DNA of 24,000 nt from the NCBI GenBank assembly GCA_035627275.1, contig DASPMC010000057.1, forward strand, positions 128,472 through 152,471, given 5' to 3'. Under the pieces are notes generated by a model. The model was not told the origin of the DNA. It did no database searches and was given only the letters and a program-made list of their open reading frames with translations. This document shows, piece by piece, positions 9,333 through 17,440 of the stretch. Position numbers and translations under genes: made by a program. The DNA comes from Noviherbaspirillum sp. GTDB taxonomy: Bacteria > Pseudomonadota > Gammaproteobacteria > Burkholderiales > Burkholderiaceae_D. Position 1 is the first letter of the stretch. Each line of letters opens with the position of its first letter.

Positions 9333-9550
9333 GGTCGTGGTCACTTTGCACAAGGGCGCATGGTCGGCGCCGGTTAGTCAAACAGGAAACAGGTTACTGC
9401 CGGCTTCGTACATCCGGTTGGATGCCTAAGGATGTGCGTGTCTTGGTAAAAAAGATAGCATCGGTAACGGGGCGGGAAATCGTCCCCGGTGACAATTCGT
9501 GAGACATTCACAGATATTGAGAATCCTCGGCAAGGCACGGAGAAGATAAT

Positions 9551-9577
9551 CGCCGCACGACCTCACGCGGTGCGGCG
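9551..9577 (-). terminator. Hairpin CGCCGCAC-N11-GTGCGGCG downstream of the PilT-like gene
   Basis: Perfect 8-bp GC-rich stem 28 nt after the stop at 9606. It is followed on the minus strand by ATTATCTTCTCC, only a moderately U-rich tract. Confidence 0.35.
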
Positions 9578-9605
9578 GATGCTTCTCTTGAGTGAGGGGT
9601 TTGCA

Positions 9606-10697
9606 TTACCGCTTGTTGAGCATTTCGTGCAGCTCGAGCCGGTTGTATGTGGCGCGCATGGCGTCCTTGGCAGTGATCGATTTCTTCGTTACCAGCTGCG
9701 CTAGTACCTCGTTAAGGCTTCTGGACATGTTGTCTTCCTTGCGGCGCATGAAATCGGCAAGCATATGCATCTTGGCCGGATCGGCGATGTAAGCCCCGAC
9801 CTGCTGGTTATGGTTGAAGACCATTTCACTGGCCAGCACGAACTCTTCCTCGTTTTCCGCCGGGAGCAGGCTCTGGAAAATGACGCCGATCAGCGAGTTG
9901 GCGAGCGTGATCGCGCGCTGGCTGCGCTGCTCTGCCGGAAAGAATCCGAGAAGCTTCGTGATCGCACTTGCTGCACTGTTGGTGTGCATCGTCGCCAGGA
10001 CAAGGTGCCCCGATTCGCCGGCATGCAGCACCGTGTCCGCGGTGTCGAAGTCGCGTATCTCTCCCACCATGAGCACATCCGGTTTCTGACGCATCGCCTC
10101 GCGCAAGCCGGAGGAAAAGCTCGCGGTGTCGGTCGGCACTTCCTTCTGGGAGATGATCGATTCCTTGCGTTCCAGCTCGTACTCGATCGGCTCTTCGATG
10201 GTGATGATATGGCTGGCGCGCGCAGCGTTGATGCTGTCGAGCATCGATGCAATGGTAGTGGTCTTCCCCGATCCGGTCGGCCCCGTGACAAGGATGATGC
10301 CCTTCGTGGCTTCAAGCATCGTCTTTACGTAATGCGGAAGTCCCGTTCTTTCGAGGGGGATTGGACGCAGGGGCAGACGCCTGATCGAAATCGTCACCTT
10401 GGAACCGCAAGACATGCGGTAGACATTGCAACGGAGGCGGCATGCAGTCAGGACGAACGGACGGTCGATGGCGCGGTCGACGATCTTGTCTTCCCAGTCT
10501 TCATCGATGGCCTTGAGCACCGGCACCATCTCCTCGAGCACCACCGGATCGTGGCCGGACTGGCGCCATCCGCGCGGAGTCTTGAGCATGAGCGGCGCAT
10601 CCTGTTCGATGTGGATGTCGGAGAAGGTTTGACCGGAATTGACCAGGGCGATGATTTCGCCGAGAAGGTCGCGCGATAGTGAGGAGTAGTCGCTCAT
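9606..10697 (-). CDS. PilT/PilU-like secretion-superfamily hexameric ATPase (T2SS-E/PilT family), orphan
   Basis: Walker A GPTGSGKTTT, Asp box IITIEEPIEY, Walker B DVLMVGEIRD, His box GHLVLATMHTNSA. The SD AAGGTGA sits 4 nt before the ATG. I did not find the PilT-specific AIRNLIRE motif in the C-terminal region. Confidence 0.85.
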   Translation of the reverse strand: MSDYSSLSRDLLGEIIALVNSGQTFSDIHIEQDAPLMLKTPRGWRQSGHDPVVLEEMVPVLKAIDEDWEDKIVDRAIDRPFVLTACRLRCNVYRMSCGSKVTISIRRLPLRPIPLERTGLPHYVKTMLEATKGIILVTGPTGSGKTTTIASMLDSINAARASHIITIEEPIEYELERKESIISQKEVPTDTASFSSGLREAMRQKPDVLMVGEIRDFDTADTVLHAGESGHLVLATMHTNSAASAITKLLGFFPAEQRSQRAITLANSLIGVIFQSLLPAENEEEFVLASEMVFNHNQQVGAYIADPAKMHMLADFMRRKEDNMSRSLNEVLAQLVTKKSITAKDAMRATYNRLELHEMLNKR

Positions 10698-10854
10698 GAT
10701 TCACCTTGAGGAAAGGCGCCGGCGCTGTCGGCGCGGTTATGCCGATGCAGGACCGGTACTGCGGAAATGGGTATGTGGATGCACGAAACGGCCGCCGCCT
10801 TTCCCTTGCCATGGGCAAGGGAAAATGCGTTGTGCTGCGTGCCTGCCATCGTGT

Positions 10855-11340
10855 TCATGGGCAACCGGAAAATTCTTCAAGTGCACGGCCGGACATCTGA
10901 CGTCCAAGCAGTGCGTTCAGCGGCTTCATGCCGATCGAACGGTAGAACTGCGTCGCTCGCTCGTTCCAGTCCTGGACGCTCCACATCATGCGGCTGCAGC
11001 GCCTGGCGACCGCTATCCTCGCCAGGTGTTTCAACAGCGCTTCTCCTGCGCCCGTGTCCCTGTAAGGCGGAGAAACATACAAATCTTCCAGGCAGAGCCC
11101 ACGCGTACCTTGACGTGTGGTGAAATTGAAGAAGTAGACGGCAAATCCGGCATCGACACTATCCACGCGGCAGATTGCCGCCCCGGCCGTCGCATGTTCG
11201 CCGAACAGCGATTCCCGGAGATCGGCTTCCGTTGCGCTGACCGCGCCGGAGGCATGCTCGCTGGCGGCAAGCTCCTTGATCATTTTCAGGACCAGCGCCG
11301 CATCGTCGACAGTCGCATCCCGTATCTCTATTGCGCTCAC
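10855..11340 (-). CDS. GNAT-family N-acetyltransferase (spermidine/spermine-type, SSAT-like)
   Basis: IRDATVDDAALVLKMIKELAASEH, FNFTTRQGTRGLCLEDLYVSPPYRDTGAGEALLKHLARIA and WSVQDWNERATQFYRSIG match the GNAT A/B motifs. GTG start with GGAG upstream. Confidence 0.85.
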   Translation of the reverse strand: MSAIEIRDATVDDAALVLKMIKELAASEHASGAVSATEADLRESLFGEHATAGAAICRVDSVDAGFAVYFFNFTTRQGTRGLCLEDLYVSPPYRDTGAGEALLKHLARIAVARRCSRMMWSVQDWNERATQFYRSIGMKPLNALLGRQMSGRALEEFSGCP

Positions 11341-11471
11341 ACCGTGCTCCGTGCCGTTACTATTGATTGGCTTGCAGATGATTGTACAAAGTACGATCTG
11401 TGACGTCCCTCAAGAAATATTACAGGCCGCCGTATGGGAGATGCCCATTTCTCGGTTTCATTGCATTGAAC

Positions 11472-13082
11472 TCAATGCACCGGTACCGGGACGTTTGCGA
11501 GACCCTGCTTCGCCGGTTCCTTGACCCCGGAGGCAGCAGAGCGGTAACCGATACGGAAACCTCCCCAGTGCCGCCCTTTGACGTAAATCGGCACCGACAT
11601 GTCGTGCATGACTTCCCCGGTATCGCGCTTGTACGTTTGCAGCAGGAACGGCTTGGTATTGGAACCGCAACGGGATCCCGTTCGGTCGCTGAAAATGCGC
11701 TTGGTACGGTTGTTCACGAGATCGATGTCGTAATTCCCCGTCAGCGGCCTGGAGTACTTGGTGTTGTGCGTCGGAAAGTAGCCGTTGTTATCCACCGCCC
11801 CGGCATAGGCGAGATTCGGCATCTCGGTCAGCAGGCCGTCCTGGAGAGCCGGCAGGACACGATCCGTAAAATTGTCGAAACGCGTGGAATGTTTCGGCGG
11901 ATTGGTGTTCGGGATCGGGCGGTATTGACGGTCGAACAGGGCGTCGAGGGAGATCTGTCCTCCGTCGACTGCATCCGTGAAGATCCGCTCGACTTCCCTT
12001 GCCGCGCGGCTTGCTGCATCCCGGATTGCATCGTGCGGTGTTTCTGCGTCGGATTCCGCGAGCGCTTCGAAAATCGCTTCGGCACATTCGGCAAGCGCCA
12101 TTGCGGAATTCGTCGCGCGTGGAAGCTCCGCCTCCGTATGACGCATGCGGGTCCGAATCCGCGAAATCGCCGTGGTAATTGTTTGCGTCGCCTTTGCGTG
12201 GTCCCGCGATGCTTCTGCGATCTGCTGGATCTCGCTTTCCGAAACGCCGGCCGAACGTTCGATGTTGCCAAAGAATGCCTGCACGGACTCCGCGCTCGAT
12301 GCCGCCTGGCGGACTTTCTCTGTCAGTGCCTGCATTCCGGCAGCCGCCTGCTCGGCTTCTTCATTGATCTCGCGCACCATGTGGCCGATATCGTCGGTCG
12401 CCGATTTGGTACGCTGGGCGAGTTGTCGCACCTCACTCGCGACCACTGCAAATCCTCGACCATACTCGCCGGCCCGCGCTGCTTCGATGGCGGCGTTCAG
12501 TGCGAGGAGATTGGTACGCGCAGCAATCTCGTTGATCACGTCGGTGATGCCGTGGATGCGCCGCGACTTTTCCTGGAGCGCAGCCATTGTCGTGGAAGCT
12601 GCACCGGCATTGCGGCATGCGTCGCTGATCTGCTGGAGTCCTTGCATGACCTCGGTGCGCCCGGCCTGGCTTTCGTTACGCACTTCCGCGGCGATCTTCG
12701 ATGCCCTTTCTGCATTGCTGGCGATCTGGTCGATGGTACGCGCGCTGTGCTCCGAACCGGTCACGATTTCGTCGATCGTCCGCACGTCCTGCTCGATCTC
12801 CTTTTTCACTGAGTCGACGAAGTACGAGGTCTCCGCCGCGCCGATCATGACATCGTCGATGTCTCCGCCGACCTTGTCCGCGAAGCGTCGCTGGCCTGCA
12901 GCGGCCGGCATGGCGGACACGATAAAAGCTGTCACGCCTGCCGCCGTTGACCATCCGGCAAGCAATACGGGGGAAAAGACTGCACCGAAGAGTTCGTGCA
13001 ATACGTAGCCGAAGACAGTCCCGGCGGTGACCGCCGACAGCGCCGGAAGGACAATTCGAGGTAATGCGGCGTGCTTGATCAT
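11472..13082 (-). CDS. Methyl-accepting chemotaxis protein with an N-terminal TM pair and a C-terminal Cache-like sensor domain
   Basis: Two N-terminal hydrophobic helices with almost no periplasmic loop. The MCP hairpin tip reads [36 protein letters not shown]-terminal domain of about 170 aa follows ([76 protein letters not shown]). Confidence 0.9.
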   Translation of the reverse strand: MIKHAALPRIVLPALSAVTAGTVFGYVLHELFGAVFSPVLLAGWSTAAGVTAFIVSAMPAAAGQRRFADKVGGDIDDVMIGAAETSYFVDSVKKEIEQDVRTIDEIVTGSEHSARTIDQIASNAERASKIAAEVRNESQAGRTEVMQGLQQISDACRNAGAASTTMAALQEKSRRIHGITDVINEIAARTNLLALNAAIEAARAGEYGRGFAVVASEVRQLAQRTKSATDDIGHMVREINEEAEQAAAGMQALTEKVRQAASSAESVQAFFGNIERSAGVSESEIQQIAEASRDHAKATQTITTAISRIRTRMRHTEAELPRATNSAMALAECAEAIFEALAESDAETPHDAIRDAASRAAREVERIFTDAVDGGQISLDALFDRQYRPIPNTNPPKHSTRFDNFTDRVLPALQDGLLTEMPNLAYAGAVDNNGYFPTHNTKYSRPLTGNYDIDLVNNRTKRIFSDRTGSRCGSNTKPFLLQTYKRDTGEVMHDMSVPIYVKGRHWGGFRIGYRSAASGVKEPAKQGLANVPVPVH

Positions 13083-13256
13083 GATTCACCTTTCAGGGGG
13101 GGGAGCGCCTACGCGTGAAGCAGTTCGATGACGCATCACAATGCGCATTCGACCAGATCGTTTTCCATGAAAAAGTGTAGTAGATGATCGGAGGAAAGAC
13201 CCTCAAGAATCATTACAATCGCCGCCTCCATGCGGAGGGAGGGGCGTCGGTTCGCC

Positions 13257-13676
13257 TTACCAGGGTTTGTTCCGGAAATACCCGGCCGGGGGCTGAGGTT
13301 CGCTGGCTTCATCAAAACGGCCGCGGGCGACACCGATATCACGCCAATGCTGCTCGCTCCAGCGGAGCAGGGGAGTAGCAGCGTCGAGGAGGGAGCGGCC
13401 GAGTTCCGTGAGTGCGTATTCGACCTGAAGGGGGCGGACTGCGTAGACGCGGCGCAATACCAGACCATCGCGCTCAAGGCCGCGCAGCGTCAGCGTGAGC
13501 ATACGTTGGGAGATGCCATTCAATCCGCGCCGGATTTCATTGAAACGCTGCGGGGGGCCGCTGAGGAAATCCATTACCTGCAGGCTCCACCTGTCCCCCA
13601 GCCGTGCGGTGACTTCGCGCGCTGCCACGTACTTCTCATCGGGGTCTTCGATCGAGTTGCTGTCGAACAGTGGCAT
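13257..13676 (-). CDS. HxlR-family winged-helix transcriptional regulator
   Basis: RFNEIRRGLNGISQRMLTLTLRGLERDGLVLRRVYAVRPLQVEYALTELGRSLL is a classic HxlR core. The ATG at 13676 has AGGAA upstream. The longer ORF-track start at 13766 is TTG. Confidence 0.85.
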   Translation of the reverse strand: MPLFDSNSIEDPDEKYVAAREVTARLGDRWSLQVMDFLSGPPQRFNEIRRGLNGISQRMLTLTLRGLERDGLVLRRVYAVRPLQVEYALTELGRSLLDAATPLLRWSEQHWRDIGVARGRFDEASEPQPPAGYFRNKPW

Positions 13677-13851
13677 TTGTGCGGTTCCTGACGCAATCCG
13701 CTCCAACTGCCGCACGGGACGGACGGCTAGTCGAGGGCTGTAAAGTATATGTTGCACGTTCTGCAACTGCTACTAGACGTTTTCGTAGTCTTTATCATTT
13801 TGCAAGAGTGAAAATACGGAGTGTCGTACCGGTCCAGGTATTACGCCAGCC

Positions 13852-14373
13852 TTAGCGGCGACCATATTGCTCCAGGCATTTCGATAGCACTTCACGCTCA
13901 TCGGAGAGGAACAGCTTTCCTTCGAGCCGGGCGACTTCAGCGCACTTTTCCGCAAGTGCGGGATTGACGCAGCTCATGGAGCCGGCCTGCCTGTCTCCAT
14001 CGAACAGGAAAGCATGGCAGGCCGCTGCTGCCACGACCACCGTGACGGTGCCCGCACCGACGCATAGTATGCGGACAGGGTCCTGTTTGATGCTTTGCGA
14101 GAATCGCTGCCACCGCCCTTGAGTGGCGTCGTCCGGATTTTTCGCAAACAGGGATCCGGTCACCCAGGTAAACAGTAGGGCGAATACAGTGCCGGACGCG
14201 AGAACGAGAAGCGCGGCCATCATCAGCAGACGATGGCCGGTGTCGTCATATGTTATTCGCCACGCAAACATTGCAGCGATGGTGTCGATGCCTATCCAGA
14301 ACGACACCAGGATGGTTTTCAGCAGGAAGGCCGTCGTTTCATGTGGTGCGTACAGTCCGAATCCCTTGCGCAT
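13852..14373 (-). CDS. Uncharacterised 3-TM membrane protein, predicted HrpL-regulon member
   Basis: Three hydrophobic segments (FLLKTILVSFWIGIDTIAAMFAW, LLMMAALLVLASGTVFALLFTWV, ILCVGAGTVTVVVAAAACHAFLF) and a Cys-containing soluble tail of about 45 aa. I recognise no family. I chose the start at 14373 (MRKGFG) because the ORF-track start at 14454 lies inside or upstream of the hrp-box promoter at 14441-14469. Confidence 0.6.
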   Translation of the reverse strand: MRKGFGLYAPHETTAFLLKTILVSFWIGIDTIAAMFAWRITYDDTGHRLLMMAALLVLASGTVFALLFTWVTGSLFAKNPDDATQGRWQRFSQSIKQDPVRILCVGAGTVTVVVAAAACHAFLFDGDRQAGSMSCVNPALAEKCAEVARLEGKLFLSDEREVLSKCLEQYGRR

Positions 14374-14440
14374 GACACTCTCTTGGCGAAATTGCGACTC
14401 CGAGAACGCGCGCCTTGCTTGAAACAGCGCACTTCCGCCA

Positions 14441-14469
14441 TGAGTGGCATGCAATGCCGCGGCGGTTCC
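14441..14469 (-). promoter_or_regulatory. hrp box (HrpL-type ECF sigma promoter), perfect consensus
   Basis: The minus strand reads GGAACC-GCCGCGGCATTGCATG-CCACTCA. That is GGAACC-N16-CCACNNA with 11 of 11 specified positions matching, about 70 nt upstream of the ATG at 14373. Confidence 0.6.
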
Positions 14470-14504
14470 ATTGCGCCCGTTGCTTCTCTATCAACCCCGT
14501 CCGT

Positions 14505-14532
14505 GGAACTGACCGGACCCTGCCGCCACTTA
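14505..14532 (+). promoter_or_regulatory. hrp box (HrpL-type promoter) for the sctI-sctL operon
   Basis: The plus strand reads GGAACT-GACCGGACCCTGCCG-CCACTTA (N15, 10 of 11 specified positions). It is divergent from, and 36 bp away from, the minus-strand box. It lies 50 nt upstream of the ATG at 14583. Confidence 0.6.
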
Positions 14533-14582
14533 TCGACAACATCTCACGCCGCGACAACCTTGCCGGCAGATAGGAGGAAACC

Positions 14583-14795
14583 ATGCAGTCCAGGACAACA
14601 TCGACAGATAAACCGCGCATCGCTCCACGCGACCGCTATCTCTTGAGCGGAGGAGCGTTCCAGCAGGCGGTCCCCCAGGAGGGGCAGGACGTCGTTCGTG
14701 CAGCTTGTCTGCAGGCGATGGCGACCGATAGGGGCACAGGCATCGATGAATTCAATCCTTGCCTGTCTCGCCGGCGGCTACCGAGGAAGGGGTAA
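14583..14795 (+). CDS. Hypothetical 70-aa protein, first ORF after the hrp box (positional equivalent of hrpA)
   Basis: A consensus SD AGGAGG (14572-14577) sits 5 nt before the ATG. It lies directly downstream of the hrp box and upstream of sctI. The sequence MQSRTTSTDKPRIAPRD... resembles no family I recognise, and it is basic and contains 2 Cys. Confidence 0.4.
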   Translation: MQSRTTSTDKPRIAPRDRYLLSGGAFQQAVPQEGQDVVRAACLQAMATDRGTGIDEFNPCLSRRRLPRKG

Positions 14796-14867
14796 GGCGG
14801 GTCGGATTTCCTGAAAGCCCGATCCTGTATCTACCGCAGTGCAAGCAAAAACCTGAAGGGGGCCAAC

Positions 14868-15284
14868 GTGAACGAAATCACCTCAGTACCTGACCTAGCA
14901 ACAGCGTCCGCAAGCGGCATGGGCCGCACCGGCCAGCTCAGGCTGGAAATCGTGGGGGCGGAGCCGGGTGACGGCGCACAGTTCCGCGGCGCGCTCGAGC
15001 GTCACATGCAGTCCGTCCAGGGCGCGGGCGCGGTGCCCGGCGGCGGCAACAATGCTTCGCTCGGAGAGAAGATCATGGCCCGCGCCACCAACCTGGCGAG
15101 CGAAATGAAAAGTGGTGAGCAGCATGTCTCGAAGATGCTCGAGCAAGCGACCCGAAGTGCAGACCCGATGCACATGATGAAAGCGATGCTCGCGCTGAAT
15201 GATTACCAGATGCGTGTTCAGTTCGTTTCCAAAACGGCGTCGAAAGCCGCATCCTCCATCGACCAGTTGACGAAGCTGCAATAA
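14868..15284 (+). CDS. sctI: T3SS inner-rod protein SctI (HrpB/YscI/PrgJ family)
   Basis: 138 aa, GTG start with GAAGGGGG upstream. The C-terminus ALNDYQMRVQFVSKTASKAASSIDQLTKLQ aligns by eye with the PrgJ/YscI C-terminal helix (..SDYNLYVSMVSTLTRKGVGAVETLL..). It lies immediately upstream of sctJ, as hrpB does. Confidence 0.7.
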   Translation: MNEITSVPDLATASASGMGRTGQLRLEIVGAEPGDGAQFRGALERHMQSVQGAGAVPGGGNNASLGEKIMARATNLASEMKSGEQHVSKMLEQATRSADPMHMMKAMLALNDYQMRVQFVSKTASKAASSIDQLTKLQ

Positions 15285-15288
15285 GCTT

Positions 15289-16164
15289 ATGAGCGCGAAC
15301 CTTCTCGACTATCAGCATTCGCATGCCGCCTCGCTTACCGCGTCGCAGTGGCAGCGCGTGCAGACGATGCTGCTGCGGCTGTGTGTGTTCTGTCTGTTCC
15401 TCTTCCTGTGTGGTTGTTCCGAAACGACCAACCTGCAGGCAGGACTTAACGACGCCGACGCCAACGAAATCGTGTCGGTGCTGAACCGTCATGGCATCAC
15501 GGCGCAGAAGCGCACTACCAAGGAGGGCGTGACGCTCACCGTCAAGATGTCGGATATCTCACGCGCCACCGAAGTGATGCACGCTGCCGGCCTGCCAAGG
15601 CGAACCCGCACCAATCTTGGGCAGGTATTCAAGAAGGAAGGGATGATCTCCACTCCGCTCGAGGAGCGAGTGCGCTACATCCACGGGCTGTCGGAGGAGC
15701 TGGAATTCACGCTCCAACAGTTTGACAACGTGGTATCGGCGCGTGTGCACGTGGTCCTGCCGGAGCGAATTGCGCCGGGCGAACCGATCCAGCCTTCATC
15801 CGCTGCGGTATTCGTCAAGTATCGTCCGCCTTTCGACGAAGACACGGCCATTCCGCGCATCCGCAACCTGGTTGCGTCGAGCATCCCCGGGCTGTCGGGC
15901 GAAAGCGGGCATGACAAGGTATCGGTTGTGCTGGCGCCAAGCGAAGCTACCGCACCCAGGGTCGAGTGGACCCAGGTGGGGCCATTCATCGTACAGGCCG
16001 AATCGGCGGGTGGCTTGATCGCTACCCTGTTGCTGATGGCGGGCGTGGTTGCCGCGAGCCTGTTCTATGCCTTTATAGCGGGCGGCCGCCGGCAAGTGCT
16101 GGGCAACTGGGCCAGGAAACACTTCGGCAAGTCGCCCGCATTCAATGCGGGCGACGAGGGATAG
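15289..16164 (+). CDS. sctJ: T3SS inner-membrane ring lipoprotein SctJ (HrcJ/YscJ family)
   Basis: The lipobox LFLCGC is followed by LQAGLNDADANEIVSVLNRHGITAQK..GVTLTV...ATEVMHAAGLPR, then ARVHVVLPE and a C-terminal TM helix LIATLLLMAGVVAASLFYAFIAG. This is the classic YscJ/HrcJ/FliF-like architecture. Confidence 0.92.
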   Translation: MSANLLDYQHSHAASLTASQWQRVQTMLLRLCVFCLFLFLCGCSETTNLQAGLNDADANEIVSVLNRHGITAQKRTTKEGVTLTVKMSDISRATEVMHAAGLPRRTRTNLGQVFKKEGMISTPLEERVRYIHGLSEELEFTLQQFDNVVSARVHVVLPERIAPGEPIQPSSAAVFVKYRPPFDEDTAIPRIRNLVASSIPGLSGESGHDKVSVVLAPSEATAPRVEWTQVGPFIVQAESAGGLIATLLLMAGVVAASLFYAFIAGGRRQVLGNWARKHFGKSPAFNAGDEG

Positions 16165-16178
16165 CGGGGCAGTTTGCC

Positions 16179-16790
16179 ATGCTGACAGACGCATTCCTCG
16201 ATTGGTGGTTCGCGCCATGGGCATATGCGGCGCGTCCTTCAGCCTCCCTGTCCGCGCCGGATTGCCTGGGGCAGAGGGACGCCTATCGCTTGTGGTGCGA
16301 AGAAGCTCGGCTTAGACCCGACCTGCCGGAACGCTGCGATCCCGCATGGAGCTTCGCCGCCCTTTATGACGGCAGAGTACTGCTTTCCACGGCAAGGCTG
16401 TTTGCCGGACTGATGGCTGCACGTCGGCACGACCGCACGGGACTCGATGCACTTACGATCGACGATAGGAAATGGTGCGCCAGCATCTCCGCCACCCAGC
16501 CGCTGCAAAGTTTCCACACGATGCGCGTCGCATCGCCCCAGCAGGTCGAGATATGGGGACTGGTCGAGCTCGCCGTACGGCTGGAGCACGGATTTCCCGG
16601 CATGTGGTCGCGCTTGCGTTTGCTGCTTCCATCAGACATGTCGCGGGACGTGGACGGATTGTTGCGATCCGGAACCGGTGCGGGCGCCCACGTGAGCACG
16701 CCGGACCGCCGCGCGCAACGCTGCTGGCGCTTGTGCCTTGAACGTGTCGCGGATGCGGCACGGATCACGAAGGAAGGAGTGCTTCAATGA
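16179..16790 (+). CDS. HrpD-position protein, putative sorting-platform component (SctK-like)
   Basis: 203 aa starting MLTDAFLDWWFAPW. It sits between sctJ and sctL, exactly where hrpD/sctK lies in Hrp1 clusters. Its stop overlaps the sctL start (ATGA at 16787-16790). The assignment is positional. I see no diagnostic motif. Confidence 0.5.
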   Translation: MLTDAFLDWWFAPWAYAARPSASLSAPDCLGQRDAYRLWCEEARLRPDLPERCDPAWSFAALYDGRVLLSTARLFAGLMAARRHDRTGLDALTIDDRKWCASISATQPLQSFHTMRVASPQQVEIWGLVELAVRLEHGFPGMWSRLRLLLPSDMSRDVDGLLRSGTGAGAHVSTPDRRAQRCWRLCLERVADAARITKEGVLQ

Positions 16791-17425
16791 CAGGATTCTG
16801 TGTCGAGAAAATCCAGTGCGATCCGCAACTGCGCGGAGAGCATGGCGTATTGCGGGTTGCGGCGATCGCGGTGACGGCCGACGCACGCCAGGCAGCAGCC
16901 AGGATTATGCGACAGGCGCAAGATGAAGCCGATGCGCTGCTGCGGCGCGCGCATGAAGAAGCAAGCGAAGTCGTGCGGGAGGCAGAGCAGCAGACACTGG
17001 CGCGTGCGAGCGCACTATTGCAATCCCTGGAGGAAGCCAACACCAGCCTGGTGAAGCGTTCTCAAGACATCGTCATTTCGCTGGCGCAGGGCGTATTCGA
17101 TCGGCTCGTGAGTGACACCACACCGAGGGAACGTGTGGAGGCAGTCCTCAAGCGGGTGCTGCAGGAAGCGCAGCCGGGCCTGTCGCATCCCTTGCTGCGT
17201 CTGCATCCGGAGGATGTCGAACTGGCGCCGGCGGTGGAATGGGAGATCAAGCCGGACGCTTCCCTGCCGCGCGGCACATGCCGCCTCGAAGCGTCTACCG
17301 GCGAATGGGGCGCGGATTTTTGCGCAGCGGTGACCTCCCTGAAGACTGCCTTGATGCGCACGACGTCGAATACCGGCATGGACGATGGCGAATCCGACGC
17401 CTCGATTGTTCAACACAAAAACTGA
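16787..17425 (+). CDS. sctL: T3SS stator protein SctL (HrpE/YscL/FliH family)
   Basis: An N-terminal charged coiled-coil ARQAAARIMRQAQDEADALLRRAHEEASEVVREAEQQTLARA is followed by LLRLHPEDVELA and GTCRLEASTGEWGADFCAAVTSL, which is typical of the FliH/YscL C-terminal domain. Confidence 0.8.
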   Translation: MTGFCVEKIQCDPQLRGEHGVLRVAAIAVTADARQAAARIMRQAQDEADALLRRAHEEASEVVREAEQQTLARASALLQSLEEANTSLVKRSQDIVISLAQGVFDRLVSDTTPRERVEAVLKRVLQEAQPGLSHPLLRLHPEDVELAPAVEWEIKPDASLPRGTCRLEASTGEWGADFCAAVTSLKTALMRTTSNTGMDDGESDASIVQHKN

Positions 17426-17440
17426 CAAAACGGATGTCAC

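Noticed and set aside
9606-10697. The idea that the PilT-like ATPase substitutes for the missing T3SS ATPase SctN.
   Set aside because: SctN belongs to the F1/V1-like ATPase family, not the PilT/VirB11 superfamily. The gene is 4 kb away on the opposite strand, separated by unrelated genes, and has no hrp box.
13136-13477. 113-aa minus-strand ORF overlapping the 3' part of the HxlR gene.
   Set aside because: It is out of frame with the clearly recognisable HxlR protein on the same strand. Its composition is low-complexity and it has no SD.
14374-14454. Longer start (14454) for the membrane-protein ORF.
   Set aside because: That start lies within or upstream of the -10 element of the hrp box at 14441-14469, so it would not be on the predicted transcript. 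The next in-frame ATG at 14373 precedes the first TM segment.
16671-16691. GGAACC followed by CCAC inside the hrpD-like gene.
   Set aside because: The spacer is 11 nt rather than 15-16, and the site is intragenic with no start codon downstream. Probably chance.
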